From contig MU004181.1 of assembly GCA_010093605.1 (NCBI GenBank), positions 620,001 to 684,000 of the forward strand: a stretch of DNA of 64,000 bases, given 5' to 3'. A model generated the notes under the pieces. That model had not been told where the DNA came from, did no database searches, and saw only the letters and a list, made by a program, of their open reading frames with translations. The position numbers and the translations under genes are program-made. This stretch comes from Lophium mytilinum (Eukaryota). Shown piece after piece: positions 39,459 to 52,694 of the stretch. Within the stretch, counting starts at the first letter, position 1. The number at the start of each line of letters is the position of its first letter.

Positions 39459-39662
39459 CAGCAGTTCACCACGTCCGGTGAACAAGCGCTAAAATCAAGC
39501 CACAATCTTACCCTTTAAGGTAGCTTTTCCGGACGCCTTTAAGGGGAAATAGCAGCCTCCTAGCCAATCACTATTTGAGCCAGATCGATATTAGCCCGGA
39601 AAGGTGCTTTACCGGGGTCGACTCAGCTTCCGCGCTAGGTCACCGGACGTGGTGAACTGCTG
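39459..39662 (-). mobile_element. Tc1/mariner-type MITE (204 bp), copy 2, inverted relative to copy 1
   Basis: Perfect 23-bp TIR CAGCAGTTCACCACGTCCGGTGA; TA TSD at 39457-58 and 39663-64; interior aligns with the reverse complement of copy 1. Confidence 0.9.
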
Positions 39663-40091
39663 TAATAGTCCCCGAATCATGGGTAATCCGTATTGACAGT
39701 TAGCCACGCCCTCGCGCAGCAGCCAATCGCACCACAACGAGTCTTCTTGAGCGCTACACTGGCTTTCTCTATCTTTTTCTAATCAGCCCGCTGAGCAGTC
39801 GTTTGCGCTGCGCACCGCTACGCCCGCGACGACCTGTCGGCTGCAGGCGCCCAGAGGCGTTACGAGGCGCGGCCAGCAGTGCGGCGGCGTCCTCAAGCGC
39901 CTGAACCTCCAGCTGCTCATCAAGCTCCAGGCCATGCAATCCCATACAGCACTGAATCGCGCGTGCCTGGCCAGGGCTGGCCGTCGGCAGGTACATGCAC
40001 ACTTGGCAGATACAAAAAAGAAGAACTCCCCATGTTCGTTTTCTCTTGAGACCATTTCCTTCACTGGTTCGAGAAAGAAATTCCCCCCAAT

Positions 40092-41717
40092 ATGCCTTCA
40101 TCATTACCATCCTCCTCATCTTCCGACAGCCTAGACAGTGGCATCAACGCTGCAAAACTAGAAGCAGCCAACCGCTATGTTCGCTGGAACCTATTATTTC
40201 TCCTAGTAATCTTCATCTTTCTTCTATTTCCAATATGGATGCCTCTTATTCCCTACGTCAACCAAGCAACCAACGTCGTCATCGTAATGATAATCGGTCT
40301 TTTCCAACTCATCTGGCTGGTAACCACCATTTGCGCCATTCGTCGAACACTGGCCATAAACAGCCGAAACAAGCTCAACACCACAAAAGCCCAAGATGTC
40401 GAATCAGCTGGCGCCACGGCCAACGACTACTCAACCATTCGTCACATAGTTGCCATGACCTTGTACAAGGAACCCATGAGCGTGCTGCAAACCACCTTGG
40501 ACTCTCTCGTGCAGCAAAAAGATGCCAAATCCCGCCTCTCCGTCATTATTGGCATGGAATGCCGCACACCTGACAAGGAAGCCGTACGCAAAGAAATCTA
40601 CGCAAATTACGAGAGCGAATTCTTCCGTCTCATCGTCACCTTCCACCCCTCGGGCATTCCTGGCGAAATCAGCGGCAAGTGCTCCAACATGAACTACGCC
40701 TGTCGCCAAGGCCTACAGATTCTCCGTCAAGATGTCGACTACAACTATGAGAAATACGAACACATCTTTACCAACTGCGACTGTGACGCCGTTTTTGATC
40801 CCGAATACATGCTGGAGCTGGAAACCGAGTACTCCAAGCTAGAATTCGCCGACCGCCACTCCTCCATCTGGCAATCTATCATCATCTACAAGCGCGACTC
40901 CATGCCCTTCTTTGTCGACATTACCGGTGTTTTGCGAACCTTTTTCTTCATGGGTGTTTTGATTCCCTGGAACATCAATCCCATGTCTCATTACTCTCTC
41001 AGTGTCAAGTTGTTGGAGGAGGGCGCCTTTACCCACCCGGCCTATCAGATGGAGGATATTATTGCCTTGATTCGCTACACCATCATCACACAAAGAGAAA
41101 TCCGCATCCGGCCTTTGAATCTCATTTCGATCAACGGTCCGACCTCTGGCGCCAACTACGTAGATGAAATCCGTGAGTGGGCCCTTCAGGTTCGCCGATG
41201 GACTATTGGCGCCGGCGAAGTCTTCCACTACTTCATTGTCAAGACCTACCGAATGCCTGGGCTCTATCTGTCCATCAGTTGGGCCACCCGCTTCTTTATT
41301 TACTACGGCCTCGTTCTCTGCGCCAGCGCCATCTTCTCTGTGTTTTGCCCCATCATTGTTCAGCTCATCAACATGGTTGCTGCCAAGCCTGATCGACTCT
41401 TCATTAGCGATTCTCTTTTTTCAACCATCTGTTTCATCTTCTTGGGAACGCAATACGCGTTTTTGCTTATCGTCACCGTCCTCGTTCGTTGGAGCCTACC
41501 TGTGCCCGATGATAGCAATAACAATTATGACAAGGGTCTTCGGGGGATTACAAAAGGCCTGTTGCATTGGATCTTGATGTTGCCGACCATTCTTGCCTAT
41601 AGCTTTGTAGAGTTCTATTCCTTCTTTGAATTGGCGTTTAGAGGAAAAGATGTTTGTAAGCATAATGCTGCTAGCAAGAACAATCTAATCATTGTAAAAG
41701 GTGCCGGGGATTCTTGA
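40092..41717 (+). CDS. Membrane-integral processive glycosyltransferase family 2-like protein
   Basis: Intronless 541 aa; two N-terminal TMs, YKEP, GKCSN, DCD (DxD), MED and QVRRW (QxxRW) motifs, and C-terminal TMs. Confidence 0.85.
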   Translation: MPSSLPSSSSSDSLDSGINAAKLEAANRYVRWNLLFLLVIFIFLLFPIWMPLIPYVNQATNVVIVMIIGLFQLIWLVTTICAIRRTLAINSRNKLNTTKAQDVESAGATANDYSTIRHIVAMTLYKEPMSVLQTTLDSLVQQKDAKSRLSVIIGMECRTPDKEAVRKEIYANYESEFFRLIVTFHPSGIPGEISGKCSNMNYACRQGLQILRQDVDYNYEKYEHIFTNCDCDAVFDPEYMLELETEYSKLEFADRHSSIWQSIIIYKRDSMPFFVDITGVLRTFFFMGVLIPWNINPMSHYSLSVKLLEEGAFTHPAYQMEDIIALIRYTIITQREIRIRPLNLISINGPTSGANYVDEIREWALQVRRWTIGAGEVFHYFIVKTYRMPGLYLSISWATRFFIYYGLVLCASAIFSVFCPIIVQLINMVAAKPDRLFISDSLFSTICFIFLGTQYAFLLIVTVLVRWSLPVPDDSNNNYDKGLRGITKGLLHWILMLPTILAYSFVEFYSFFELAFRGKDVCKHNAASKNNLIIVKGAGDS

Positions 41718-42331
41718 GATCCATATGTCTGCCTGGCCTACCACTTTCGATAGAAGATATCATAGAATGACCAAGATTTGGGATATGCCGGATTTAACTT
41801 TATTTGGTCATGTTAAATTTTTTTTGACTCTTGCAGTGGTCAGGTCCTATGCGTGGTCCTCCTCCCCATGTTAATCACAACGTCGTCCAAACCTGAAGGT
41901 CGTCCCCCCCAACCATCAGAGCCCCCTTTGCTTGCCTGCTTGGTGTGCCGCGTGTGTAGCTATTCTACCTTGTCCTATTCATTTTAGTCGTGATTGACCC
42001 GGTCGTGGATGAGGAAAAAGCTACTTCCACGTACCGAGCTGGGCAAGCTAGATGGGGTTTAGGAAAATCGGAATGGAAAAATGTTGCGTTGCCTGATTGA
42101 CAGATATAACAATGATGTTTAGCCCATCGTTTCTCTACGTTTCGAACCTGTAGCCTAGAAAATAATGAATGTATACAGCTACCTACTTGCGAATGTCAGA
42201 TATGACGTCGCCCAGGCAGCAGTGGCACTATAACCGAAACAGCATAAGATCAGCACTAGCGCCATCATATTTCGCAAACATCCTCCTTTCCTCTCCACCG
42301 CACGCCTCCCACTGTTGTTCTCAACCTCAAA

Positions 42332-43930
42332 ATGACCCCGAAATTCGATCCCTCGAAGGTCCTCTACTCTGACCTTAGGGCAATAGAGTACTTGCTCAAA
42401 GACCTCACTCTAGAGTTCGCGGTGCTCGGATACTTGGACGTGGCACGCCGCTTGGTCTCCCTGCTCCACAGCCACGGCGGGCGAACTTCAGCTGCCGTTT
42501 CCATTGACCTTAAGAGCCTATGGTTCGCGTGGCAAGAAACGGGCGAATGGCCCACGGGCGAGCTCGAAAGGGCCAAGCGAGAGAAGAAAATGGTCCCCAA
42601 ATCCGGAGACGAAGAGCCAGCCCGCAAATCGCAACGCATTGCAGAGAAGCAAGCTGAGGAGAATTACCAAGCCGTAGAAGAAACACTGGTTGATATGGCC
42701 CAAGATTTTCCAAAGTCATGGTTCTTCCCGGATAAGTCAGCACTTGGCGGTCGAGCAAGCGGTGCGGAGGTGCCAGATGGTGAAGAAGCAAGTGCTATTA
42801 CGAAGGTGTTGGAGGCCATTCGAAATATGGACGACTTTGCCGATGCAACCTCTGGGAGTACTGCTATGGATAAATCCTCGGGACTCGTCCGGGCTCTGGA
42901 TTTGAGAATCAAGCTCGCTGACCAGGGTCACGTGGACGAGGACAAAGTACCGTCCGTAGACGAGATTCTGGGCATGATCGCAAGCAGAATGCACTCAAAT
43001 TATCAAATCAACTATCTTATTCAAAGCGCAAGAGCCTGGAAGATACTGAAGGACGGCGCCTTGGCCAAGGCAGTTGGCGTGGATGACGAAAAGGTTCAGT
43101 CCTTGGCAAAAGAGGTCGAAAAGACGTTCAAACTGCGGCTAGAAGGCGGAAAGAAAAGAAGGCCAGAACGGTCCATGTCAGAGCTTCTCAAAGAGCTAGC
43201 CCACAACACTGTCACCAACCCTAGCTCCAGGGAGGTTTTGATGGGAATGAAGGGAGACGAAGGCGAGCCCGATTCTCCTTTCGATGGAAGGAAGCCAGCA
43301 ACTCCAGAAGAGATTACGGAGCTCGAGAAACGGCTAAAGATTACTCTCCCAGATGACTACAAGGAGTTTCTGGGACTGACTAACGGCTTCGGGACAACGT
43401 GGGGTGGAATCCTCCACGACCCACCTTTGCATCCTACTACGGATGTAAACTGGTTTGGAGACGACGAGGATTACTTCTACGATCTTCATCTAGATCTCGT
43501 CGAGTCAGAAATCAACGCCATGGTTCGTGACTATCCCGTCATCGCCGATGCCGCGGACAGCTGGCCGACTGTCGGTATGGCGATTGATATTGGGAACGAA
43601 GACATCGACAGCGTGTGGCTGCTCCCTCCCGCAAATGTAGAGAAGCAAAGGGCTGCCTACCTGGAAATTCTGGACAACGAAATCTACCCAGAGGAACTCA
43701 AACGGAAGGTGCTATCGTCCATTGACGACTTTGCAGGTAGTCTTGAGAACTTCAAGAAGCTAGATTGGTGCACTTTGACTTGGGCATCTGGAGGATCTGC
43801 ACAGATGGAGTCCTTCTCAAGCTTCAAAGATTACATAGCCTCAAAAGTGGTGGATTCGGCGAACGAGTATCATCCTAACGGCGACGACGGAAACTTCGAG
43901 AACAAATGCTTTGCGTATAGCTGCCGATGA
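42332..43930 (+). CDS. SMI1/KNR4 (SUKH) domain protein
   Basis: Intronless 532 aa; PATPEEITELEKRLKITLPDDYKEFLGLTNG is a typical SUKH N-terminal motif; C-terminal SFKDYI. Confidence 0.85.
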   Translation: MTPKFDPSKVLYSDLRAIEYLLKDLTLEFAVLGYLDVARRLVSLLHSHGGRTSAAVSIDLKSLWFAWQETGEWPTGELERAKREKKMVPKSGDEEPARKSQRIAEKQAEENYQAVEETLVDMAQDFPKSWFFPDKSALGGRASGAEVPDGEEASAITKVLEAIRNMDDFADATSGSTAMDKSSGLVRALDLRIKLADQGHVDEDKVPSVDEILGMIASRMHSNYQINYLIQSARAWKILKDGALAKAVGVDDEKVQSLAKEVEKTFKLRLEGGKKRRPERSMSELLKELAHNTVTNPSSREVLMGMKGDEGEPDSPFDGRKPATPEEITELEKRLKITLPDDYKEFLGLTNGFGTTWGGILHDPPLHPTTDVNWFGDDEDYFYDLHLDLVESEINAMVRDYPVIADAADSWPTVGMAIDIGNEDIDSVWLLPPANVEKQRAAYLEILDNEIYPEELKRKVLSSIDDFAGSLENFKKLDWCTLTWASGGSAQMESFSSFKDYIASKVVDSANEYHPNGDDGNFENKCFAYSCR

Positions 43931-44138
43931 ATGCGTCATTCATCCAGCATATGGTCGAATCACTGGATGGGCAAGTTTAACAATTACTTTCATTGCTCTG
44001 TACCGTTCTCGAGAGTGCAGTAATCTGATCACCCTCTCATTTCAACTCAATGACCGCTGAAATCTATTTCTTTGGCCGTCAGTTGATGTTGTTGAATTCG
44101 CTACTTGTTTAACTGCGGAGATCGATCGTCAGGAACAT

Positions 44139-44659
44139 TTTAGCCACAAATGGCTAAATAGAGGCTTGTGTACCTTGTTGGCTTTGCCGGAACTCTGGAA
44201 GGCGGCTGTGTTTACGCAATGCGGAGGTACGCTTACGAAAACAGCTACATCAACCCTTGATCTGCCAAATTAGGGACGTGTATCTACTAGCAGGAATGCA
44301 CATACGACACCTCCGCAGGTGTCAAGATCACTGGGAATTATACTGCCCTTCGCAACGGAGGCTTGTCCGTGGCTGGAGGTTAGCTTCGCTGACTTCAGTC
44401 TTCGAAAGTTCTCGCTCCAAAGAGCTTTGAAGAGAATTTGAGCACTGCCTTGCGGCAATTTCGCTAACACCGATATCCCAGTCATGGCATCGTGGCTGCA
44501 TCGGGAGGTATACAAGGTTCTCCGCGATTTCGCAAAATAATGATTTTCCTCACTCGATATGTTTCTCATTTTTGTCATCGGTCATTTTCCAACGAGTCAA
44601 AGGGCGGCAATCAACCGGCCTGACAGCCCTTGATTCGACCGAAATTGAAACAGGCTAAA
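44139..44659. promoter_or_regulatory. Putative XlnR/Xyr1 binding sites upstream of the xylanase
   Basis: Inverted pair TTTAGCCA-caaa-TGGCTAAA at 44139-44158 and GGCTAAA at 44653-44659. Confidence 0.55.
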
Positions 44660-45044
44660 TGACTTTACCCGCGTTTCACTACAGGGCTGGCCTGGGAAGT
44701 CTCCCGACATGGGTCGCATAACCTTATATCCTTCAGATTAAATTGACACCATCGTTGTTTGGAACATAGATTTTTCTCCAGATGCTTTTCCGGATTCGAA
44801 TATCTCCGCGAATCAGGAGACGCACCCGAGCTCGGTCTCGCCCGATTTGCCACGGATATCAATCTATATCATCTCTGTGGCCGTTATAAACACCTTACTC
44901 CGGCTGACGTCAATTACAATCTGGTCCTGCGATGTCATCTGAAATCAACTTCGAACTCCCGGTCCTCCGGCGTCCGGCGTAAAAAACATAAAAGCATCGC
45001 AGTATCCTTCCAGTAGAAGTCACCCCAGTTTCTACCAACACTAA

Positions 45045-45725
<681 letters not shown>

Positions 45726-46315
45726 ATGGGTATGACTTGATTTGGAATCGCTGCCTGTTTCTTTTTGGGGCCTGCTATGCTGTGCTTGAGCCGGAAAGGG
45801 GGGGCTTGTCGCACCTTGATTATTCAAGGCCTTGCCAACAAGATATTGGGTGAGACATGGCGAGGCAAAGTTATAGCTTTCCAGCCGCCAGCGGGAGTCT
45901 GTTTGTAGTTGGTACAGATTTTGCAAAAGTCACTTGCTTTTCAATGTTCTTCATGTCACAAGGGAAACACGCTCATTTCGCGAAACCGTGCAATCTTGAG
46001 ATGGCTTTTCTTGACACTGTTCGACGTCGAGAACAAGGACGAATCGCAATGCACGCTGAGACTTCACCTCCGTAAGCTCAACCGTATCAGTTCTGCGTTG
46101 AGTATACGGCGGCGTTAGCGAGGTAAGATGACGCTCTTTCAGCGTCATGGCTGACAAACTTCATTGAAGCCAGAAATTCCTATACTTACCTTCGATGGGA
46201 TTTCCTTGCACCACATATAGCAACCATCCTCCAACCGCATTTACCAAACTCTAACCAACACCCCCAGAATCCTCACACATCTAGATACTAATCCTGGAAA
46301 CCTGTAAAAACCACC

Positions 46316-47236
46316 ATGTCCCCTAACCCACCCTCAGCAGTCCACCAACATGTCGCCACCATCCCCGATTCATCCTCCTCCTCAACCGCCATCCGCATAG
46401 GCTACACCGACTGTCCCGCCACCACCACCCCCCAAAAAGGCACCATCCTCCTCATCCACGGCTGGCCCCAGACATCCCACCAATCCTGCCACGTGATCAC
46501 CCCCCTCACCAACGCTGGCTACCGCCTCATCATCCCCGACTACCGCGGCGCAGGTCAATCCTCCAAACCCGCCAGTGGCTACAATAAAGTCACCATGGCG
46601 ACCGACCTGCACACCCTCATCCGCTCGCACCTCTCCATCACCTCGAGAATCCACATCGTAGGCCACGACATCGGCGGCATGATCGCCTACGCCTACGCTA
46701 CTCGCTTCGCGGAGCATGTAGCGAGTGTAGTATGGGGCGAGTGCCCCCTCCCCGGCACTTCCGTCTACGAAGAGGTCAAGCGCACCGACGACGTGTTCCA
46801 CTTCCTCTTCCATCGCGTACCGGACTTGCCGGAGGCGCTGGTGGCTGGCCGTGAGCGGGTGTATTTGAAGCACTTCTTTGACAAGCAGAGCTTTAACACG
46901 GCGTGGATCACGAAGGAGGCGCTGGATGTGTATGCGAGCGCATTTGAGCAGCCGGGGGCGATGAGGGCGGGGTTTGAGATTTATCGGACGTTTGAGCAGG
47001 ATGCGCGGGAGAATCGGGAGTGGTGGAAGAAGGAGGGGAGGTGTGGAGTGCCGGCGTTGGGGTTGTTTGGGGGGGAGTTTTTGTTGCAGGAGCTGGCGGG
47101 GGGGATGATGGGGGAGGGGCATGAGGAGGGGAAGTGGAGTGTGAGGGTGGTGGAGGGGAGTGGGCATTATGTTGCGGAGGAAGCGCCGGAGGGGTTTGTG
47201 AGAGAGGTTTTGGGGTTTGTGGGAGGGATTGAGTAA
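46316..47236 (+). CDS. Alpha/beta-hydrolase, epoxide hydrolase-like
   Basis: HGWP oxyanion motif, PDYRGAGQS, GHDIGG Asp nucleophile, GSGHY..EE.P histidine motif. Confidence 0.9.
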   Translation: MSPNPPSAVHQHVATIPDSSSSSTAIRIGYTDCPATTTPQKGTILLIHGWPQTSHQSCHVITPLTNAGYRLIIPDYRGAGQSSKPASGYNKVTMATDLHTLIRSHLSITSRIHIVGHDIGGMIAYAYATRFAEHVASVVWGECPLPGTSVYEEVKRTDDVFHFLFHRVPDLPEALVAGRERVYLKHFFDKQSFNTAWITKEALDVYASAFEQPGAMRAGFEIYRTFEQDARENREWWKKEGRCGVPALGLFGGEFLLQELAGGMMGEGHEEGKWSVRVVEGSGHYVAEEAPEGFVREVLGFVGGIE

Positions 47237-50200
47237 TTGATTGCATGACTCGAATGAGGATATTAGGCATTAGACGTAAAGGAGAGGAATTCCGCGTGCA
47301 TAAGGGCGGTGATTGAGCTCCTAAGAGCGGACTGTAATGTATAAAGATGTACGTAGACTACAGTGACGGGTTATGAGATTGGACACACTGGTTTGCCAGC
47401 GTTTGGAGTGCCCCGCAGAGTTTCGGCAGCCCAAAACCGGTGTCAATTTCCAGGCAGTGCCAATTAGGCTGTCTCTTGACTAACTAGCTACTAAATAGCC
47501 AAGCGACCCCTTACTATGGTGTTGAGTGGGCAAGATTTCGGTCAAGTAGTATTGGATCCGCGCACCTGGACTCATGAGAAATGTTGGTAGCGTGTGAGGG
47601 CTTGCGCCTTCATAAAAAACGACCGAATGCGAAGACACTTTGACAGCCATCTCCGACTTTTCCTTTTGTCGACATACCTAATCCCTACCCTATATACCCT
47701 TACTCGAACAGAGACGGCGACGCAGGTCAGACCCTTCTCGATGACCATGCTAAGCCCCTACATGTCCCATTTGTGTCAACCAGAGTCCATGCAGCCGGTT
47801 CTGGTAGTAGCCCAAGTGCGTGATGATTCACGCTAGAATGCAGCCATTCAATTCAAGTCCTTTGTCCGAGCACTCCATTAGTCAACCCAGGCACCCCAAT
47901 CAAAGCTTCACCAATACCGTCCATCCAACTCATCGCAGTAAATCATTCCCCCTATTCGTGAAGAACAACGTGGAACACACCAATAGGACAAGACGCTGAG
48001 GTTTGCAAAGTTTGTCAAGCATGCCGACAGGTTAACTGACACTAGTGTTGACATATCAGGAGCATTTCAGCAGGTCAGGGTAGGGGGTGTTGGTTGGTCT
48101 CCAGAGGCAAGCTCTTCGGCCAGGCAAGTGGGCTTTGGGGGACCACTGGCTGTCGACGACGCCGAGTACTGACATGATCCATTCCGGAGCAGACTGTTGT
48201 TGGTATTCCCAGAGCAAACTAGCAGATCTAGGGGTTGCCTTTCTGGATAGCAGGCTCTTTGAAGGCTAGCTATCGACGATGCCGTGAGAGTAAATGGGCA
48301 ACCTCTTCTTGCAAACTGGCTATTCTTGAAGATCTAGGAGCCAAATCCATAGGTGAGAGGTTTGGCTTGTGAGGGTAACAGCTTCGCTGAGACTCTTGGC
48401 TTGCCTAACTCGTTCTGAAAGCCTGGAACGCCAGCAACTGCTCGTCTGTGGGCTCAATTCGCGACGTCTTTTTAAAGTGGGCCGTGGCCTCTTGCATGGC
48501 CAGACTTAGGCGCCTCTTTCCGGAGCTCGGCCTTCAGAAGTGGTAGCGGTTTCACAGTCCTAGAGTACGAAGTCGTAGAGAATCTTCGAACGGAACCAGC
48601 CGGTGGCTCAGAGATGTGTTTCCAGGTTGGCAAGGGTGTCAGGAAAGCGTAGGCTGCGAATTGCTGCAAGCTTCTCCTCAGAGGTTGTGACCCAAAGCTG
48701 TGTTGTCTACTTTCTGCCGCAGCAGCGTGATAGACGGGTAGCTAGGTAAGGTCTTGGACCAAGAGCTGCGTCGGGTGGTTAAGGTATTTGTCAAGACATT
48801 TGCTGAGCACGAATATATCGTCAACGTAGGGCCTCGTGAAGGCGAACTTCTTAATACGTAGGATGCGATGAATGTATTGCTGCACTTAGGGAGGGTTTCT
48901 ACGATAGCCTTGGACGGCGACTTTGACTTGCTCCTGGCCACGGTGAGACACGACTACCAGCTTCTGGTAATCAGAACGCGTCACATTCCACTGGTAAAAA
49001 AAGAATGCGCCGTCCCAGACTGTTATATAGTGGGCGCCAGCGACTGCCGACGTGATGTCCGATTGTAGAGGCATGGGTAGGCGTCGGGGGTGGTAACCTT
49101 GTTCAGGCCTCAAATGTCGACGAGAACCCTGCCCTTCCGAATGGTCGACCCGTCCACGTTCTCGGTCTTCCAAGTCCTTAGGCGAGAGGTTTGGCATGTG
49201 AGGGTAGAAGCTTCGCCGAGGGACCAGGATATGACGACCACGTCGGCACCGTGTTCGTCGATGCTTGGGGGGGGGAGTCAATGAGTCCCAGGGGTTGGTC
49301 TTTGTATTCTGAAGCAAAGTCAGCTCCAGCATCGTGATTAACAGTGGCGGGTGGTGTAACGAAGAGGAAGAGTACGAACCTAACTTTTTTTTTTTTTTGG
49401 GAGAGGTGGTAGGGGAGGCAACGCCATGCGCTTATAGTCAGTACAAAGTCATGCAGGGGATGGAGTTATCGTATGTACAACTACTGTCGTAACCGGGTCG
49501 AACCGTTTGGAACTAAGAGTAAGCCAGCTAGTAACAGAGATCTGGGTCTTACAGGATATTAAAGATCTAAGGCGATGTCGAGTTTCAAGCAGTGTAGATT
49601 AGACTGCCTTTTGACTAAGCATCTGCTTAGCAGCCAGGCTACCCCTTACAGTGGTATTTCTTTAACAAGCCTAAAGCCTTTTTAGTTCAATATGCAGTAT
49701 TAAATGTATTGATTAACACAATAATAATTAGACTACCTCTTCACATGGTAGTTACCGACTAGTGGGGCCGCCCCTTACAGTGGTGTTTAGGTCTTGAGCA
49801 ATGTTGAAGCCAAGCAGTGTCAGATCTATGTGCCCAGACTTATGGCTTGGTATTGTAGCCTACGCTCACAAATAAACACCTTGGCCCGCTGGATTGCGTT
49901 TGATACGTCAACAGCGCTAGTATTTTGTGACCTGTCGGCATCCTCGACAACCTTTCCAAATATCAGCCTCCTGCCATGTCGGGGTAGCATACATTTTTTC
50001 ACGGAGAAGTGATTGTCTTATGGGGGTATTGACTTCGACTAATATTACTGCAACCTAGAAATGCTATCCTAATCCTTCCCCACGTGAACCCATTCCTCAA
50101 ACCTCCTTTCTTCAGCTGAACGAGCGATACAATGCCGCTTTTCGACCAATGTCAAATGTAAAAACAGGAACTGTGGCCACGAACAAACAAAGACACATGC

Positions 50201-51336
50201 TATGCGCCCAAAAGGGATTTCTAGCAACAACAATATGAGCTGCATCATTGAGTAGAACCAGAAGATTCTTTTATATCTGCCCTGCAACATGTGAGCAACG
50301 CACCGCTACTGAGATTGAAACTTAGAGGTTTCATGGATAAACTTACTTCCACTTCATGGTGCGAAAGTGCAATTAGGATTATAGATCCGGTAATGACCTC
50401 GAACATGGTAGCAGCACTTTTAGGCGTACCGAACCAAAACGAACCGAGATCCGTTAGGTTTGCTAGTCTACTCGCGTCGGCATAGGCACTGATGCTCCCA
50501 GACCTGATAAGGAGGAGAATGTAAATTGAGGAGAGACCTCGACGCGTATTCCGATTCTTGACGCGAGGAAGCAGCAAAAGTGGGCATAGACCTAGGAATG
50601 CGAGGCCGAGATGGACCGCGAGGCGCTGCTTTTGGAGGAAGTGGAAAATGCTGATCGGGTCGACGCGGTTGACGAGTTGGCTGTCGATGATTATGAGGCA
50701 GAGTGATACCACAAAGCTGAAAGCGAAACTTTGGGTGAGGTCGAAAAGATGCTCGAGTGCTTCTGCGTCCCGTAGAAGCGGACGGGCAACCATGACGGGC
50801 TGTACGACGATGATAAATGTCTGGGATTGAAATAATGAGGGTTTTCCGTGGCTGTAGCAAGAGGAAAGGTATGCTGGGGATCGAGAAACGGAAAGAGCCT
50901 CTCAATGTCGGCGTGTGGGTGAGACCTGTGGTAGCGAATTCGCGAGCCGTGGGTGGGTCGAGCCGCAGGCCCTCCGATATGAATTGGTTACCTAACGCTG
51001 ATTTCATACCTATTTTTAACGTGTAGAATACTTCAAGTAATGTAAAGAAAGTTTGTGAAAGCTGTGGGATACATACCCTGAGATAGTGTCTTCATATACT
51101 TTCGCACGGATTCACGGGTTACCTCTTGGTATCCAGGCGAGCCTGGAACACGTGCGCCAGGGTGAGTATCTATAATCGGAGATATTGAAACGATCTCTTA
51201 TGGGTAGGTACCGTGGTAATCTCGCCCACAATTTTTGTCCAATCATCTACTTCCCCGTGGTTCTTTGCAGCCTCCCGCTCAGTGCGCCGTCTGATCTGTA
51301 TCGCGTGTTCAATCCCGCCCGACAACTTCTTACCCA

Positions 51337-52694
51337 ATGGCGGATCTTATAGAAGAGTACCGCCAACTCAAGCGGGAGGAAGGCAGGTTGGATCAACAAT
51401 TCCAGCAGATAACGAAACGATTGGAGGAGCAGAGTGAGCAGGTTATAGCGCGGACTGATGTGGTGCAGACGCAAACCAAGAAGCTGGAGTCGCAAAGAGA
51501 AGAGCTGAGGATTCAGACCAGACAGCTACAAAAGCTGGAAGAAGAGGAAGAGCAGACCGAGAGAAAAAAGACGGATGTAAAGGTTAACAGACGGGTACGT
51601 CCCTCGGCCTGGATAGACACAGGAAACGAATTGACCGATCTACTAGAACAACAAGCGGAAACTTGATGCTCTCCAAACGTCAATCGACTCTATCCTTAGC
51701 TCCTTGCAGCAGCCGCGGGAAAAGACGCCTGCTCCCACCATATACGATCTAGAAACGACATCTAGCTCCTCACCTTCTCCAGCCGGACTGGGCGCTACCG
51801 GTCAGCTAGAGGCAGCCGCGTCGACTACACCATCGGCAGAAAATGTTTTAGATCAACTACAGCTTGCATCTCGGGGCAACAAGTCTCCTAGTCCACCACC
51901 GCAGAATCCACAAGATTCGCAGCTCCCACCCTACGTCCGCCTCGCAAATGTAGCCAAAAGTCTTCAAGTTCCATACCAAGCAGAAAAGACCGACTCGTTA
52001 CCCTCCAGAGAGGCATCAAGACCAGACGGGGTACGGAGCATTTCCGTCGAATTTCCGTCGATCAACATGCGTCGGAATGGTAAATACGTGGAACTGAGGT
52101 GCAGGACTGGGAGATGCGACAGCATATGGCCTGGCGTCAATTGCGCCCTGAAAGAGGGAGACTCGAAGGCAGCCGAGTTCAAAGGCATCGACGGGTTCAA
52201 GACGCATATAATAAGCTCACATCGTGTTGCATGGCGGCAGAGTAGCGGATTTCAGACCGATCCTTTGGACCGAGTTCTGTCGTTCTGCCGGCTCAAAGAG
52301 TTGAATGAGGCGGAGGTGGAGGCTATCATAGGGCGGGGAAGGATGGGCTATGAGAGTGAGTGTTCTGGATCCTTGACTGGATATGCATACTAATGGTGAT
52401 ATGTTGCTAGTGCAGCTGCTTCACCTAAACAGTCCTCCTAATAAACCTCCGTTTGAGCTTTCCGCGAAGCGAAAGAGAAGTCAGAGTCCTAGTAAAATAT
52501 CACCAGATCACAGTAGCCAGAACTCTGCCACGCTATCCCCTGATGAGGACGTGGACAAAGGTATAAAAGCTGTCAAATCCAATTCCTTTGCTAGTGAGCA
52601 AAGAAGCGGCGCGGCGAAGAGACGTCACACACGGTTCTTCCGGGTCCCGTCTAAAACACCTTCAATCTTTGATAATTCGGATGACTTGTTCTAG
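51337..52694 (+). CDS. Hypothetical protein: N-terminal coiled coil, low-complexity linker, possible Cys/His Zn-binding module
   Basis: Three co-oriented ORFs that can be joined by plausible GT-AG introns (~51595-51646, ~52356-52410). Confidence 0.6.

Noticed and set aside
48000..51000. Broken ORFs (48886-49332, 50245-51007)
   Set aside because: Multiple stops and frameshifts with no recognisable family; probable relics that cannot be named.
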